64,000 nt of DNA from Marsupella aquatica (taxonomy: Eukaryota; Plantae; Marchantiophyta), in NCBI GenBank assembly GCA_973895155.1, contig OZ316897.1:5841327-5905326 (forward strand), in the 5' to 3' direction. Within the stretch, counting starts at the first letter, position 1. Each line of letters opens with the position of its first letter. The notes beneath the pieces are model-generated. The model was not told the DNA's origin, did no database searches, and worked only from the letters and a program-made list of their open reading frames with translations. The position numbers and the translations under genes are program-made. Shown here piece after piece: positions 22,170-36,200 of the stretch.

Positions 22170-25100
22170 CCACTTAATTCTTGCCAGCCGTCTGCCTTTG
22201 TGTGCCTCTTCTAATTCAGCCGCATGTAGTAAATCTTCCATGATCTCTATATATTCCTTTAGTTCATTTCCTGAGCATTCTTCCATAATTGCCACCTTTA
22301 GCACTCTATTGATTTTGTAGTAGCAACATCTCTTCCTCACTCTTCTTTGGTGGAGCCTACCTCTCCCTATATACCCTTCTCAGGTTACAACTAGCCTTGT
22401 CAAATGCCAAAATTGGATCAACACATTCCCCTTTTCCTTTGTTCCATGCTACTTTCAGTGCCTCGACTGTGCCTTCAATCAATACAAGTGCCGGATTAGC
22501 TTTAAAAAGTGTAATCTGAGTTTGAGGGTTGTCCCCCACTCTATTCCTGGTCAAACGCAGGCACACCACCACAAGGTCATGGTCAGAAAGAGCTGACCCA
22601 CCATCATGTTCCAAATCCATCAGCTGATCAATCCACTCTCCATTATCACTAAAATAGAACTTGTCTAGCCGGGATTGCACCATTCTGCCGTTTCTATTCC
22701 TGCGCCAGGTAAAGCTTGCCCCATTTGCCGCTCCCTTAAAGATTACTGCATCTACTAAGTTAAATCTGACCTTGAAGAATCGCCAGAACTCAGCCTCTCA
22801 ACCTTTAATTAAAAGGGATTCCCCTGTAGAGTCCTCCCTCCTCTCCGTCATATTGAAGTCACCACAAACAATCCAGTTTGCCTGAGGCAGTATCTGCTTT
22901 AGCTCGTTCCATAGTATTGCTCTCCTTCTAGGCAAATTAGGTGCATACACACTTACTAGTCCAAAATTACATTCTCCATGCATCACTAATGCCCATACAG
23001 CATGCCCGAGATCCACCACTCCCGACGCTATCAATTTTACAGCCAGATGGGGTATGGCACGCGTGACAGTAAACAGAAAATAGGTTTATTGGTACCAACA
23101 AAATTTTTCCTGTTATCAACAAAAAGTTACTGTTACCAGGAAAAATAACCATGTCAAAATATTTTCTAAAAAATCTCATTTTCCAAAAAAATTTAAGTTA
23201 CTACATTTTTTGGCTAGCTTTGGGGGCTAGCAAATAAAATAAAATTTTGAAAAAGAAAACCTTTTTTTTTCCAAAAACAATTTCAAAAACAATTACCACT
23301 CATTTTCTTGTTACCAGTTTCTGTTTTCTGTTACTGTTTGCTGTTTCCTGTCGTTTGTAAATACCCCGCCGGATGTAAGAGTAGAGATGTACCTCCGCGT
23401 CCCTCCTCAGGGGCCAAGGTGACACACCAATACAGAGGCATTATTGCTTGCATAGCGACGTCCAGTCTAAACTGGTCCGCTTTAATTTCTTGTATTGCCA
23501 AAATATCCATCCTTTCCTTTTGAGATTCTATCCAATTCTTAACAACATTCTTCCTATTGGGCTCACATAGCCCACAAACATTCCAAGAGGCTATCTTCAA
23601 CATTCCTCCCATGTTGTGTCAACCTCCTCCTGATTCCCCCCGTGCTTACAGCTGGTTCTGGCCACCAGAGGAAGTACCCGACCCTACACTCTCACTCCTT
23701 TGGCTCTTGGGTGTTTCAGTTACAATACCCCCAATCTCCTCCATCTGGAGATCCACACCAGGTGAAGAGGTAAGCACCAAATCTCCCCCCACAACCAATG
23801 CTCGGTGGAGTGGCAATATCAATTGTAAACCTCACCTTCTCCTCCCCGAGTGTAATCTTCAAGTCATTCCATGCAGTAGGTACAGACAAATGTGAGAACT
23901 TGAGGGAGCGTGTTTTTTTGCCTCTTGAGGTGCTCGATCTTTCTTAGCCACTGGTGGTGTCCTCTTGTCTAGCTTCCTTGCTCTCTCCTTCCCTTTGCCG
24001 GAGACATACTCATCATACTCAAACATATCCACGTCCGTGTCCCCATGGTCTGAATACGCCTCAGGTTCCGCCCCATCCCCATCATTGTGAGATTCAATCA
24101 AAGCAGCTATCATCGATGCAACCTTCCCGACAGGTGCAAAGCTCCAGCGCCAGCATCTAGAATGCTAGGCAACAGCTCCTCAGTTGCTGGTTGTTCCGTT
24201 GTCAACACCCTGCAAAGGGCAGGTCGCCGCTCAGCACCCCTATCCCTCAGGGTGGCAATGGTTGAATTTTCAGCATTCCCCTTCCCACTTTGTCAAATGT
24301 CAGTTGGATCAGAAGTTGCTTCTTCTCGCATCAGAGATTTGACAACAAGTAAGTCAGCATTTACTGTGTTGGTCATCCCTAGGGGCAGTGCTTCCCACTC
24401 CCATTCTAACCCGTAGATTCAAGGCTAGTTGCCTCCTCAACACCTCCTCCGGATCTCCCTCGACTACCTCATGCAATTATTCAAGAGTATCGTTTGCAGC
24501 CTCCCCCTTGTTCTCCTGGCCAGCTTCTGCCGCTACGTCTCTTCCTTCCCAACATTCCCAAGCAAGGTGCCCCTTCTTATTACACTTAAAATAGTGAAAA
24601 GGAATGTTCTTGAATAGAATTGGTAACTGCCAAATTATAATATTCTCACAAAGTTTGATTCTTGCACTCTGTGGCACCTCCCGCTCCGTATCCCACAGAA
24701 TGCAAGCCCTATCACATGGATAGGTATAATTGTCACCTTGAATGTAATGCAGTAGCTTACCCAATGATTCCGCGATCTTAATGCGACATCCTTCTAAGAC
24801 CAGCACACAAAACGGGAGCTCTATCCACACTGGTAGCTTAGTAAATTTTGCAGACCTGATATCAAAAGAAGGATCCCAAGGAAAAGTAAATACTAATTTC
24901 CATTCCAAAAACCAGGGGGCGGCCGCTAGAGCCAAATCCTGGTGGTCCGCATTTTTTAATACCACCATATATTAAAAGGTTTCCCTATGAATTTCACTTG
25001 CAATACTCGCCAATTGTGCTCCTCTACCATCCATTCCTCCACCCAAACCCTGAACGTTGGCAGCATAGGGGTCCAATCGGTAAAGTAACAGAGCATTGCA

Positions 25101-25570
25101 CAATTATACAATTGCTTAACATTGCCCGCTGCCTCCTCAAGACTCCAGTCAACCATTGTGTACAGCTTAGAGCTCTAGTCTCCCTTAGTGTTATCTGCAA
25201 TATCTTTTAATATATTGATGCATTTGTCCGACACTTCTTCCCTCTCCGGTCCTTCCCCATCCTTCATTGTTTCTCCTCTTGCCCCAAGCCTTCTTTGTGT
25301 TTAGTGGCAAGCAATCCTTGCTTAATCTCCCTGCTTATCGTCTCCACAGTTGCCAAATCTTTGCTTGCACCTCTCTGTCGCGTCCCTTGGCCTTTCACTG
25401 CTCACAGACAAGAGCCCCACCCACCCGATTCTCCCAATCCACTGTTGCAATGCTCTTACTGGACTTCCAACCAGCCCTTACCCTATCTATTCCTTGCCCA
25501 ATTCAAACTCTCCCGTTTTAGCTTAATCTTAACTTGCTTGCCTCTGTGCTTCCTTCTCTTCTCATCTTAA
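22170..25570 (-). mobile_element. Degenerate L1-clade LINE (ORF1 plus ORF2 endonuclease)
   Basis: ORF1 DUF4283/zinc-knuckle-like (FPWDPSFD, PVWIELPF, FKNIPF…CNKKGHLAWEC). ORF2 start SWNVCGL, IQEIK, CGDFN, SRLDKFY, SDHD. Confidence 0.88.
23049..23367. mobile_element. MITE inside LINE endonuclease
   Basis: TIRs GGGGTAT…GACAG.AAACAG at both ends. Flanks GCCAGAT / GCCGGAT form a TSD with one mismatch. Removing the insert restores LLHPA-VKLIA. Confidence 0.75.
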
Positions 25571-26715
25571 TCCCTAATCCCATCCTCCCCGCTGACGCCC
25601 CTACAGTTTAACCGTCCGTTTTCCCTCTTTGCTTCTCTTGTTACACTGATACCAGAAACAATGGTTTTGCCGTCTAATCCAATTTACTCTCAATCCCTAA
25701 TTCACCTTCACGATCCGTGTGCATCTGCTCCTTACTCAAACACTTAGTTTACACTCTCATTCAAAAGAGCTTCCCCAAGTCAATCTATAGATTCTAGTGA
25801 CCAGCCTCACCCAAGACGATGACCCAGCAAGGCACATCCCCCATCCGATCGTCCGCTGCACCCCTAGCTCCTCAGTCCTCCTCAGTCCTCCTTAGTCCCG
25901 CATCACCACAAAGACTCAATCTTAGTGGCAATGTACTTAAAATATGTTCCTTTTCTTGTGTTCAATATTCAGTCGACGTCATGGCACGGCTTAGTGATAA
26001 AGATCGTAGTCTCCCTAAGTAACGGTTGAATCAAGTCCTAGTTATGTATTGTTGCCTTGGTGACTTTTAGACATTGTGGTTTCTTCTCAATCAATTGGTT
26101 TCAATTTGAGGTTTTGCTTGTTCACATGTATCAAAGACCTTTTGCTTTTGATGGAGAATCATGTTGAAATCTCCAATGTGCGAGATGATGGGGATGTGCT
26201 GGATGTGGGTGATGTGCGGGATTGGGTAACACGACACGCACAAAGTGTCCTATTCCAAAAGATAATTTGGTCTCCACTCTTTGACTCATTTGACCTCATT
26301 CGAGACAAGGCCTGATTCTATACTCATAGAAATGACGGACTTTGCAAATTGCCTACATCTTCCTTTGGATGAAGCAATCAGTCCGGGTGAGAGGAACATA
26401 CCTTGATAGCATGATTTGTCGATGCCACCATTTGTGGAGAGGTCCGCCATTCATCGACCAGTACCAATGGAGGTCCCATTGCCGTTTCATTGTCGTCTGC
26501 AAGAGATGTTTGGAGCTGTCAACTTTCAGGATACTAATGTCCCTAAAGTCAATTTTCAGAGACCACTTCTCATCAAAGGCCAATGCAAGCTTATGTGAAC
26601 TTTTGATTGGATGATCTCCATCAGGATCCTGATTGGTAGGAGGCTAGGGATTGACAATGAGTGTCACTCATCCAACTAGGCAGTGAAAGAGTCAAGACCA
26701 ACCAAATCTCAAAGG

Positions 26716-26957
26716 CTTTTTGGAAACAACTTTTAAGTAATTTGTCACTAAAGATGTTCTAATTCAGAATAATGCCATTGTTTTTTCTGTATTTATAAAA
26801 ATGTCACGATTTTGTATACGGATGACAACTTTACCAAGGTAACCAGGGAACTATATACGGAAACCATGACATTTTTGTAAATACAAAAAAAATAGTGGCA
26901 ATATTGTAAATTCAAACATCTTTAGTGGCAATGTACGTAAAAGATGTTTTTGGAAAA
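26716..26957. repeat. Foldback / long inverted repeat (~105-bp arms)
   Basis: Left arm …tttgtcactaaagatgtt…tgtatttataaaaatgtcacg pairs with right arm catgacatttttgtaaataca…aacatctttagtggcaa. Confidence 0.8.
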
Positions 26958-27749
26958 CTATAGGGTTTGGAGTATTAGCATCTGTTGCTAGTTAGAATTT
27001 TGGGGTTACGTGAATGCAACTATATCAGTGCTAAGTGTTAGAGTAATTTTGATGTCACTTTTTCCACTATTGATTTTGTGTGATGAGATTCACACATATC
27101 TATAACTTTGGGCTCATCTGAATGTATTTTCTGAGCTCCTTTTGGGTTGACTCGTGTCTCAAAATTTTTGAGTTATCCGCATTGTCTAAAGATTTCACAC
27201 TGCGGGACTATTTGTGCATATTGAGTGAAAATGTCACATGTATCAATTCATATTGTATGCTTTCCCGTAGGTAAGTCAGACCCTGCTTCTTGGATTAGAG
27301 TTTGGACTACATGGAATCTGCTCACAACTATTTATATACCGCTGAAGCATTACATTACTTAGGTTTGTCTGCTTTTGAGAGGAGTTTTGAGTGTCTCCAT
27401 ACATAAAGTGGACATTATTGTTTGCAAGGATGGGGATCTTTTGAAAGACCCTCTATAAATATCCTTCATAGGTACTCATGATATGGTTTATCTCTGTGTA
27501 ACATCACTTGGCGCTAGTATTTGCCTTCATAGAAGTGTGAATATGTTGTAGGAAATTGCCTAAATTGTATCACAAAAAACAGGAAATGCTTCAATGGTAA
27601 TAGGAAATATTGTCTAGTGTGCAGTACAAAAAATCAATCTGAAGCATGCAGTGCTAAATTAGTGCAACTATGCTTATGAAAGAAGCATCATAAAATTGGA
27701 TCTTTTGACTTTGTTTCATCATGGGTGGATCAAATGGATGTAGACATAC

Positions 27750-30700
27750 GGGAAGCGAAAGAGGTAGGAGTTGCAACGGAACCATGCTGACGACCCTATA
27801 GGAGCAGATTTGCAGAGGTTTCTAGCAAGAGACAGGAAAAAAATCAGCGTATGAGCAGGAATCACATCATGGAAATGGATGAATCCACCCCAAGCTATGA
27901 AGATGGCTCTCAATACCCAAGAGCGCAACAGAACAGGGTCCTCCTAGCAATGGATTCTTTGTGAACAAAAACCACAGTGCGGCCATAGAGGAGAGCTCCG
28001 ATGCATGTATTGAGATATTGTGGAAAATTGCGCTCAATTCTACTGAGCACTGGCCTAACACTTTGCACACCAGAATCAAATGGTCAGTAGAAGAAGCAGC
28101 TCTCACAGTCAAAGAACTTTACAATTGCACAATGATGTGCTATTTCACTAATTGACCTCCGCTCTTACCAGCTTTCAAAGATTGGGTTGAGGCTGTTTTC
28201 ATTGGGGACATGGAAGGGCCCATTTCCCAGATTAAGTTTGTGGGAAAAAAATTCTACATGATCACTTTCGACCTCCCAAAACACAGAGTTGCTGCTTTGG
28301 ATCTGGCGCCTTTTTTCATGGACCAAAAATTTGTTTTCACTTTTCCATGGGACCCATCTTTTGACGTCAGAAGTGACTCTTACACCAGATTGCCGGTGTG
28401 GACTGAGATCCCCTTTCGCGCACTAGTACTTGAAGGATGCAGGAAGCAAATCGCAAAATCTTTTGGAAAGGTGCTTAATTACATTCAAGAAGACGACCGC
28501 AGTTCTTTTCCTCATGACCGTGCTTGCATTCTTTGGGACACCAGCCACAAGGTTCCTCAATGTGTTGGAGTGGATATTTAGGAGGGAATCACGATTTGGC
28601 AGCCGGTTATTTTCAAAAATATTCCCTACCCTAAACCCTAAAACTATCTTATCACCGGAGGGGAACCCTAAACCCTAAAACTAAAGCACGCATTGTTTCT
28701 CCTCGATTTTAGAGCAAGTGGTCCGCCAAGAAGGACTACTGCAATTCCAACTGAGGGAGCTCAGCAAGGCAGTCCAAGCCTTATCACTAGGGCGCTGGGG
28801 GGCATAGTCCTGTTCCGGCGGCTTTTGTTGAGAGGAGGCTCATCAAGAATTCAATAGATCCCAATGTAGACGCAGTTCTGAGCTTGCCCATGCAAGCCGT
28901 CGCCCCGCAGTTGCAGCCGTCGCCCCGCAGTTGCAGATAGTTCAGGCTCTGGACCGGAGAACTCTAAACAAGCTCAACTAGGCCGCCAATGCTGAAGCGA
29001 ACAACAATGTTCCAGTTTTAAAGGAGGATGAGTGGCCCCCTCTTGGTATTTCTAGGGACTTATATAACACGCTGAAGGTCTGATGAACGATGTAGCTGTC
29101 CCCATGGTCTCTACTTGTCATCCAGCATGAAGACAAGACTCACGTTTTCCGACTTGCGCACGAGAACTAACAACCCTAGAAGAATATGAGGCAACACGGG
29201 AGGACAATGAAGAAGATGAGCAACAGTACTTTTAGGGTGATTCCGATGTTGAAATGTCGGAATATGAGGCATATATCTCTAAAAGCCAACTAAAGTGGGA
29301 AAGGGCTAGGAAACTTGAGCTTAGAATCCCACCGTCCTAGCAGAAAAACAAGAAACATGATGCCAAAAAGAGCAGATCTATTCAATTCACGGATGTTGTT
29401 ACCAACATTGCCAGCCCCTCGTCTCGCGCTCGTCACTCCCTGGAGGATTACTCTGGCACCCCGGATTGTACCCGGATGAGAGATGCAGACACCATTGGGA
29501 TGCAACGGGTGGTAGGGAGTTCCCCTCCGGTGATAAGATCATCACCTGGAAGCTCGTTCTCTGCTTCTCTGCACTAACTATCTTTAGTACACTGGTGCGG
29601 GAGGAAGACTAAGCAACAAAATGAATCCGTTTCTTTCTCTAGCATCATGGAATGGGTGTGGACTTTGTGAACCAAACAGGAAGAATATAATAAAAAACTA
29701 GATCACGTCTCTCAAAATGTAGTTGCTGGTGCTTGCAATTCAAGAGGTACAGCAGACACTTTCAGGTTGAACATTGCTCTACGCTCCATCTTACCAAACT
29801 ATCAGTTTATTCTGTCGGCGCCCGACGATGGAAGGGGGGGAACTGCTTTACTTCTGCACCCATCTCTCAACATTTTGGAGTCAGGAATCATGGATAAGGG
29901 AAGGGCAGTATGGGCTTGTGTGACCCGTCCGGATGGTAATTTTGGGATCGTCAGCATCTATGCTCCCAATTGCACGAGGGAGCGCACTATACTTTGGGAT
30001 GAATTGAAAGTGGCCTTACCACAGGATAACTGGATTGCCTGTGGCGACTTTAACATGACCGAGCGAATTGAGTACTCTTCTGGTTCTTCCCCACTGATTT
30101 GGGGTTGGGAATCCAAATTTTGGAGATTTTTGAAATTAAGATTTGATTTGGAGGATACAATTAATTTCAGTCAAAAGATTGTAGGCTGGCTTTTACATGG
30201 CGGAGGATAATCAGCGGGAAGCTTGTTCAATCTCGGTTAGACAGGTTTTATTTTAGTGAGAAAGGTTGGTGGACTGGTGGGGTGTCTTAGTTAAAGCATG
30301 ATGGTGGATCTGCCCTCTGCCCCTCTCAGATCATGACCCATGCATTGTCCATTTTAGGCTGTCTAGAGCGAAGACGGAGGACCTGCTCCATCGTTCTTCA
30401 TATTTCAAAGCCAATTCCTACCTACTTAAAAAGGCTAATTTTGTGGAAAAGCTCCAGATTGCATGGGAGGACAAGGCAGATGATCCTGCAAACCCGCACC
30501 TCTCCTTTCATTTTGCTACCCAACGTCTGCGCAAGGCCAACCAAGGCCAACCTTTAAACAGGGAAGAGGAAGTAAGGATTCTTAGAGATAAATTATGATC
30601 TTTGAAATTAAACTTAATAGGAAACTACTCTGCCATAAATCTGAAAGACTTGCCACTACAGAAGAGTACGTCAGGGGCGCAACAGGCATGCCGTCTTTCA

Positions 30701-30750
30701 CGAATTAAATGGCTCGGACAGGGGGATGAGCCTTCAAAGTTTTATTTACA
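27750..30750 (+). mobile_element. Degenerate L1-clade LINE (ORF1 plus EN), related to the 22170-25570 copy
   Basis: FVFTFPWDPSFD…LPVWTEIPF…DRACILWD and GRGGTALLLHP, SIYAPN, CGDFNMTE. Confidence 0.85.
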
Positions 30751-31480
30751 CTCTAATTAGATATAACGAATGAGTAACTTCCTCCTTGTTTCTGGTTTCT
30801 TGGCCCTCATCAATGTGCTTGAGGGCTGTTGTTCCTTAGGGGCCCCTGTTGTAGGGTTTTCTTGTTCTTCCGTTGTCTTGGCCCTTTTGCTTTTGCTCGG
30901 GTCCCTGCCCTGTCCGGGCTCTTTGTTTGCCTGTTGGCCCCCACTTCCCGTGGGTTTTTGCGGGTTTTTTTGGAAAAATAAAATAAATAAATAATAAAAA
31001 ATGACAATTAAGTAAAAAGCTTGTGTCTGGTTTCTCTCCAACCCAAACAAGTTATATTCACACTTGTTAATGAGGTGCCTTAGAGATGTCGTTTCTAATA
31101 GATATCCATTTCTCTATAATTTCAATTCTACTTGATGTCCACAAAAAAATCCCTTGCTGCCCCCATTTTGACCTTTGTGTCATTTCTTGATCCCTTTTTG
31201 TTGCTCAATTTTGTCCTTTGCCCCCATTCTCCCTTGTTGCGTGATAGCATCCTTGCCCTTCGTGACCATTCCCCCTAATTTACCCAATGGTATTGTTTAA
31301 AGTGATAGCATCATTGCAATTGGCAACCTAACAGGAACAAAGCATTGGGTTTAGGGCCCTGGGAGAGAATTGAAAGCCCAATTGCTCTTAACTCAAATCT
31401 AGATGATGACTGAACATGAAAGAAGGAAGTATTCGGAAAGTAGAGTTGATGGGGAGGAAACTTGGCAGAGAGTTCAAGAG

Positions 31481-31825
31481 TGTTAGGATTTACTCTTAGG
31501 TCTAGAGTTACGAATGTACCGTAGTTAAGACTAACCTTAGTCGTAGACTTGGTTAGGTTAGTCATGTTGTGCACACTCTATAACCAAGCGGTGTTTGCTT
31601 GGAGAGGTGGAACTCAGACTCATTGTTACGGAGCCAGTTGAGAGATAGGGAGAGCTTGTGCTGTGGATGCTTGGTATGGCCGGTCGGCCTAGAGTGCAGT
31701 AAAGCTCTTGTGTGTTCCCGTGGACGTAGCCTCATGTGGAGGTGAACCACGTATCTCTCTGTGTCGACTATTGTGCTTTGGATGGTTCATGGGCTTGCCG
31801 TTGCGATCGTCGTCTATGCTCAACA
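31481..31825 (+). repeat. Copia 5' LTR
   Basis: Direct repeat of 39544-39888, with about 5 transitions by manual comparison. Confidence 0.95.
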
Positions 31826-31827
31826 AT

Positions 31828-31839
31828 TGGTATCAGAGC
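31828..31839 (+). promoter_or_regulatory. PBS, tRNA-iMet
   Basis: TGGTATCAGAGC 2 nt after the LTR. Confidence 0.95.
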
Positions 31840-33208
31840 ATGCCTAGGAGGTGACATGTGTTCGTGACAGGATTTCGTGACGGTTTTTTCCAGTGTTAAG
31901 TGTCGGTGGATTTCCCGGAGTTTCGTCGCATGGAACTTGGAGTTTATGGGCTCAACGGATAGATCGGGGCAAGAGCTTTCTAACGGTGTGAAGAAATCGT
32001 TGAACGGAGCTCATGGTGCAGAGAGATCTAAGTTTTTGTCGTTCTGGATTTTGTGAAGAAAGTTGGCAACATTCGTGTTCGACGGTTTTTTGGAGGAGGG
32101 ACCAGAGTTTGTTTTCTCGACGGTTTGAGCTCTACGGCGAAGGAGGCATCGCATGCTGTAGCTTTGCTTGTAGATCGGGATGAGCTGTTTGTTTTGGTAG
32201 CTGATTTGTTACCAAGTGTGTACCGTGTGCGACGGAACGAGCAAAAGAAGTATTCTGATTTTCTGACCGGCTATGGAGTCCTCTTTTGCCTGATCGGGGT
32301 TTCTTGTCGTGGCAATCAACTCAGAGGGAGAAGCGTCAAGTGTTTTGACTCAACGGAGAGATTGAGGCAAGACGATTGTTTTGAGTCCGGGATTGGCTCT
32401 TTGATACGAAGAGGAAGGCTAAGCAAAATCAATTACCTTGTTGGAATTGGTGACGGCACCAAGTGCAATTCATCAACATTCGTTGTTGACAAGGTACCAT
32501 TTTTTCTCTTTGAAAAACTGATTCGAAATTGGCTATGGCAATTGAGAGAAATCTGTCATCTTTACCAATTGTTTTCTCCCTCGTTCTTTCCTCGTTTTGG
32601 GTGCTTCTTATATCGATCTTCACCGCCTCGGAGTCTACTTTCCAAATCTGAAATCAGATCTTGATTTTGTCAAAACCCGAGTGAGGTATCTTGCGTTTGG
32701 TGTTGAGGGGTACATTCTGCCATGTGTATTTTCTACGCGCGCGACCAGATTTCGACGACGAAGGGTGGTAGGGGGTTTTGGGGGTTCGAGGACATGTGTC
32801 AGCCCCTCGATTGTTCTTCCAAAATTCCCACAGGGCCTGTACAAGGGTCATAGAATATTCCAAAAAACCAGAGAGCTATTTTTTGACCGTCCGCCGAACG
32901 ATAACTTTTTTGGTTCTTTTTCGGCGAGGTCGTAGCCATTGAAGTTGGCAACGCGGCGCACCGATCACATTGCAATTCCGACGACGGGTTGTACTTGCTA
33001 TTTTGGTTATTCCCTGAGGTGGTCAAAACGGGGGAGTTTCCCAAGGTTTTACCTACCTCGACCAAAATTTGAATAACTTTTCCGTCAAATTTTGATTTTG
33101 ATTTCGGTTTTCAGTACTGGACTCCTAGCTTCGTGGGCTACGCGGCGGTGTTGAGTTTCGAGTTTTTTGAGAAGTTGTGAAAAATGACATTTTTTGTGAT
33201 TTTCTCAT

Positions 33209-36200
33209 ATGAGTGATTCGGAGGAGTTTTTCGAAGATGTGGAACTTGAAGCACGAGGATCACCACGGCGGTTTGAGGGGCAGAGAGAGGAGCAAGAGGA
33301 AGAGCACGTGACACCGATACCATCACCGGTGCGGCGTGTGGTGGAGGAAGCAGTACTACTATCGGAGCTCACGGTAGTGCCAAAGAAGAAGATGGGGACT
33401 TTCAAGCTTGGGGGACCCAAGTATGAAGTGACAAAGTATGATGGGCGCTCTGACTACTTGCTATGGGAGAAGCAGGTGAAGGGAGTGCTCTATGCGTCAG
33501 GGATGGGCCAACTACTGAGCCCTCGTGAAGACGATGTTGATGAGAAACAATGAGACCGCATGCAGGAGCAGGGAGTGTGGTGTGTTACACTCTATCTTAT
33601 GCCTCCCATCATCAAGCAGTTAGGTGCACATAAGGATTGCATGTCCTTGTTTGCAGAATTGCAGAGCAAGTATCACCGCTAGGAGTTGTCGAACCGACTC
33701 TACAGTTCCTACAAACTGATGAGTTTCAGGATGAAGGAATCCGGTACGAAGTTGCAAGACCATGTGGATGCTTTCAACGACATGGTCGTTGACTTGGAAA
33801 ACCTTGGGGAGACTTTGAATGATGAGACGAAGGCTCTGTAGCTTCTTAGTTCATTGCCTCCATCTTACCAGTCCCTATCACAAGTGTTGTTGCATCGTGA
33901 TAGGGATACCATTTTATACAATGACGTGGTAAGTTCTCTGCTTAGTGATGATCTTCAACAGAAGATGCACATCACGTCACAGCCTTCATCATCTGGTGCT
34001 GCCCTCAATGTTAACCGTGGGAGGAGTATGCAGCGACCAACTGGGGACCGTAGAACCCAGTTTAGATCTAAATCCAGATCTAAGTCCAGGGGTAAATCCC
34101 CTCAGAGGAGGCAGGTGACATGTTGGAAGTGCAACCAAGTTGGACACTTCAAGTGAGACTGTAAGGGAAAGGCAGCAGAAACTTTATCGGCAAATGTGGC
34201 TAGGGCTGATGGAGAAGCTGATTTACTCAATGATGAGTATGTTTTATGAAGCCGGGGGTATGCCCTGTGCACGTCATCTAGGAGAGCAGATGATGTGTGG
34301 ATTCTTGATTGTGCTTGCTCTTTTCATATTTGTTACATTCGTGAGTTTTTCAGTTCTTACTCTATTTCAAACGGTTCAGTTCTGATGGGAAATGATCACT
34401 CCTGTCAAATTGAAGGAATTGGGTCTGTGAAGATTCAAATGTTTGATGGCACTGTGCGCACAGTGTCCGGAGGCAGGTATGTACTTGGCATGCGTAAGAA
34501 TCTGATTTCACTCGGTGTGTTGGATTCAAATGGTCATCAATGGAGCGTTATTGATGGTGAACTTCAAGTCAGGTCGGGAGAGACATTGATTTTGAAGGGG
34601 AGCAGACAAAAGAATTTGTATATATTACAGGGCAATACTGTATGTGGAGAGGCCAATGTAACCAAGTCTCACGAGGAGATGACTCAACTGTGGCATTCAC
34701 GGCTAGGCCACATGAGTGAGAAGGGTTTGGCTATCTTACGAAAAAATGGCTCATTTCTGATTTGCAATCTTGTAAATTAGAGTTCTGTGAGCATTTTATT
34801 CTTGGAAAGCAGCATCGTCGTGCTTTTGGTGTTGGAACTCATTGTTCCAAAGCGGTTCTTGAGTACATACATAGTGACGTGTGGGGTCCATTCCCGACTC
34901 CCTCACACTCTGGAAAGTTGTACTATGTATCATTTATTGACGATTACTCAAGATTTGTGTGGATTTATTTCATGACGCATAAGTCTGATGTCATGTCCAT
35001 TTTTAAGAAGTGGAAGGCCCAGGTGGAGAATCAGACTGGAAACACGGTCAAGTGTTTGGATACAAGGGGTGAAGAGTCTGAGGTCAAACAACGGCGGGGA
35101 GTACACTTCAATGGAATTTGAAGAGTACTGTTCAGAATAGGGGATAACTTGTCATCTCACCACAATTTATACTCCGCAGCAGAATGGTGTCGTTGAGAGG
35201 CTCAATCGGACACTATTGGAGCCGTCACAGAGTATGTTGAGCCAATCAGGTTTACCACACGAATTTTGGGCAGAAGCTGTCAATACCATAGCTTATTTGG
35301 TAAATCTTTCTCCTTCTAGTGCTATCAATTTCAAAACGCCGTTTGAGATGCGCTATAAGCGGCAAGTAGACTATCATGGCTTGGTAGTTTTTGGAAGTGA
35401 TGCATATGCTCTCACACCGAAGCAGAATAGGACCAAGTTGGATCCTACCTCCAAGAAATGTGTTTTTCTTGGGTACCAGAGTGGTGTGAAAGCCTATAGC
35501 CTATGGGATCCTATTGTCTGTAAGCTCGTTGTCAGTAGGGATGTTTCCTTCAATGAATCCAGATTATTGAAGGAGGGGGAGAATACTCAGGTCTCCCGTA
35601 CTGACAAAGGAAAATCTCCTATTCCAGATCTCATTGAGGGGGAGATTGGTTATGAGGTGCATGACCGGAGAGAAGGAGTTGCTCCAATTATGGAGCTGGT
35701 TCCTGTGCCAGAGGAACCAGAGGAGTTTGTTGATGCTGGTGAGCAGCAAGTGGATGCTGCTGAGCTTCAAATTGTACCAGCACACGTAGATCAACCGGAG
35801 TCATCGGCTAGAAGAGCATCTGGTCGCACTGTACGCGCTCCACCAAGGTATGGACAATGGGTTGATTCATCTCTGTTGCAAGAGGAGGATTTTGTTACTG
35901 ATGATGAGGGTGATGCGTTGATTTTGGAAGAAGGTGAACCTTCTTCATTTCATGAAGCAAGTGCTTCAAAAGAGAAGCAGGAGTGGACTGCAACAATGCA
36001 AACGGAGATGCAGTCACTGAAGGACAACAAAACTTGGGAGCTTGTCAAGCTGCCTAAGGGACAGCAAGTGGTGGACAGCAAGTGGATAAACAAGCTGAAG
36101 GATCAGTCCACAGGAGGTGGATCGAAGGTCTACAAGGCTAGGTTGGTAGCCAAGGGATTCACACAGGAAAAAGGTGTGGATTACAATGAGGTCTTCTCAC

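Noticed and set aside
32053-32935. Extra ORFs (203 aa, 112 aa) in the long Copia 5' leader
   Set aside because: The 203-aa ORF starts at GTG, neither has a recognisable motif, the composition is UTR-like, and there is no second copy to test conservation.
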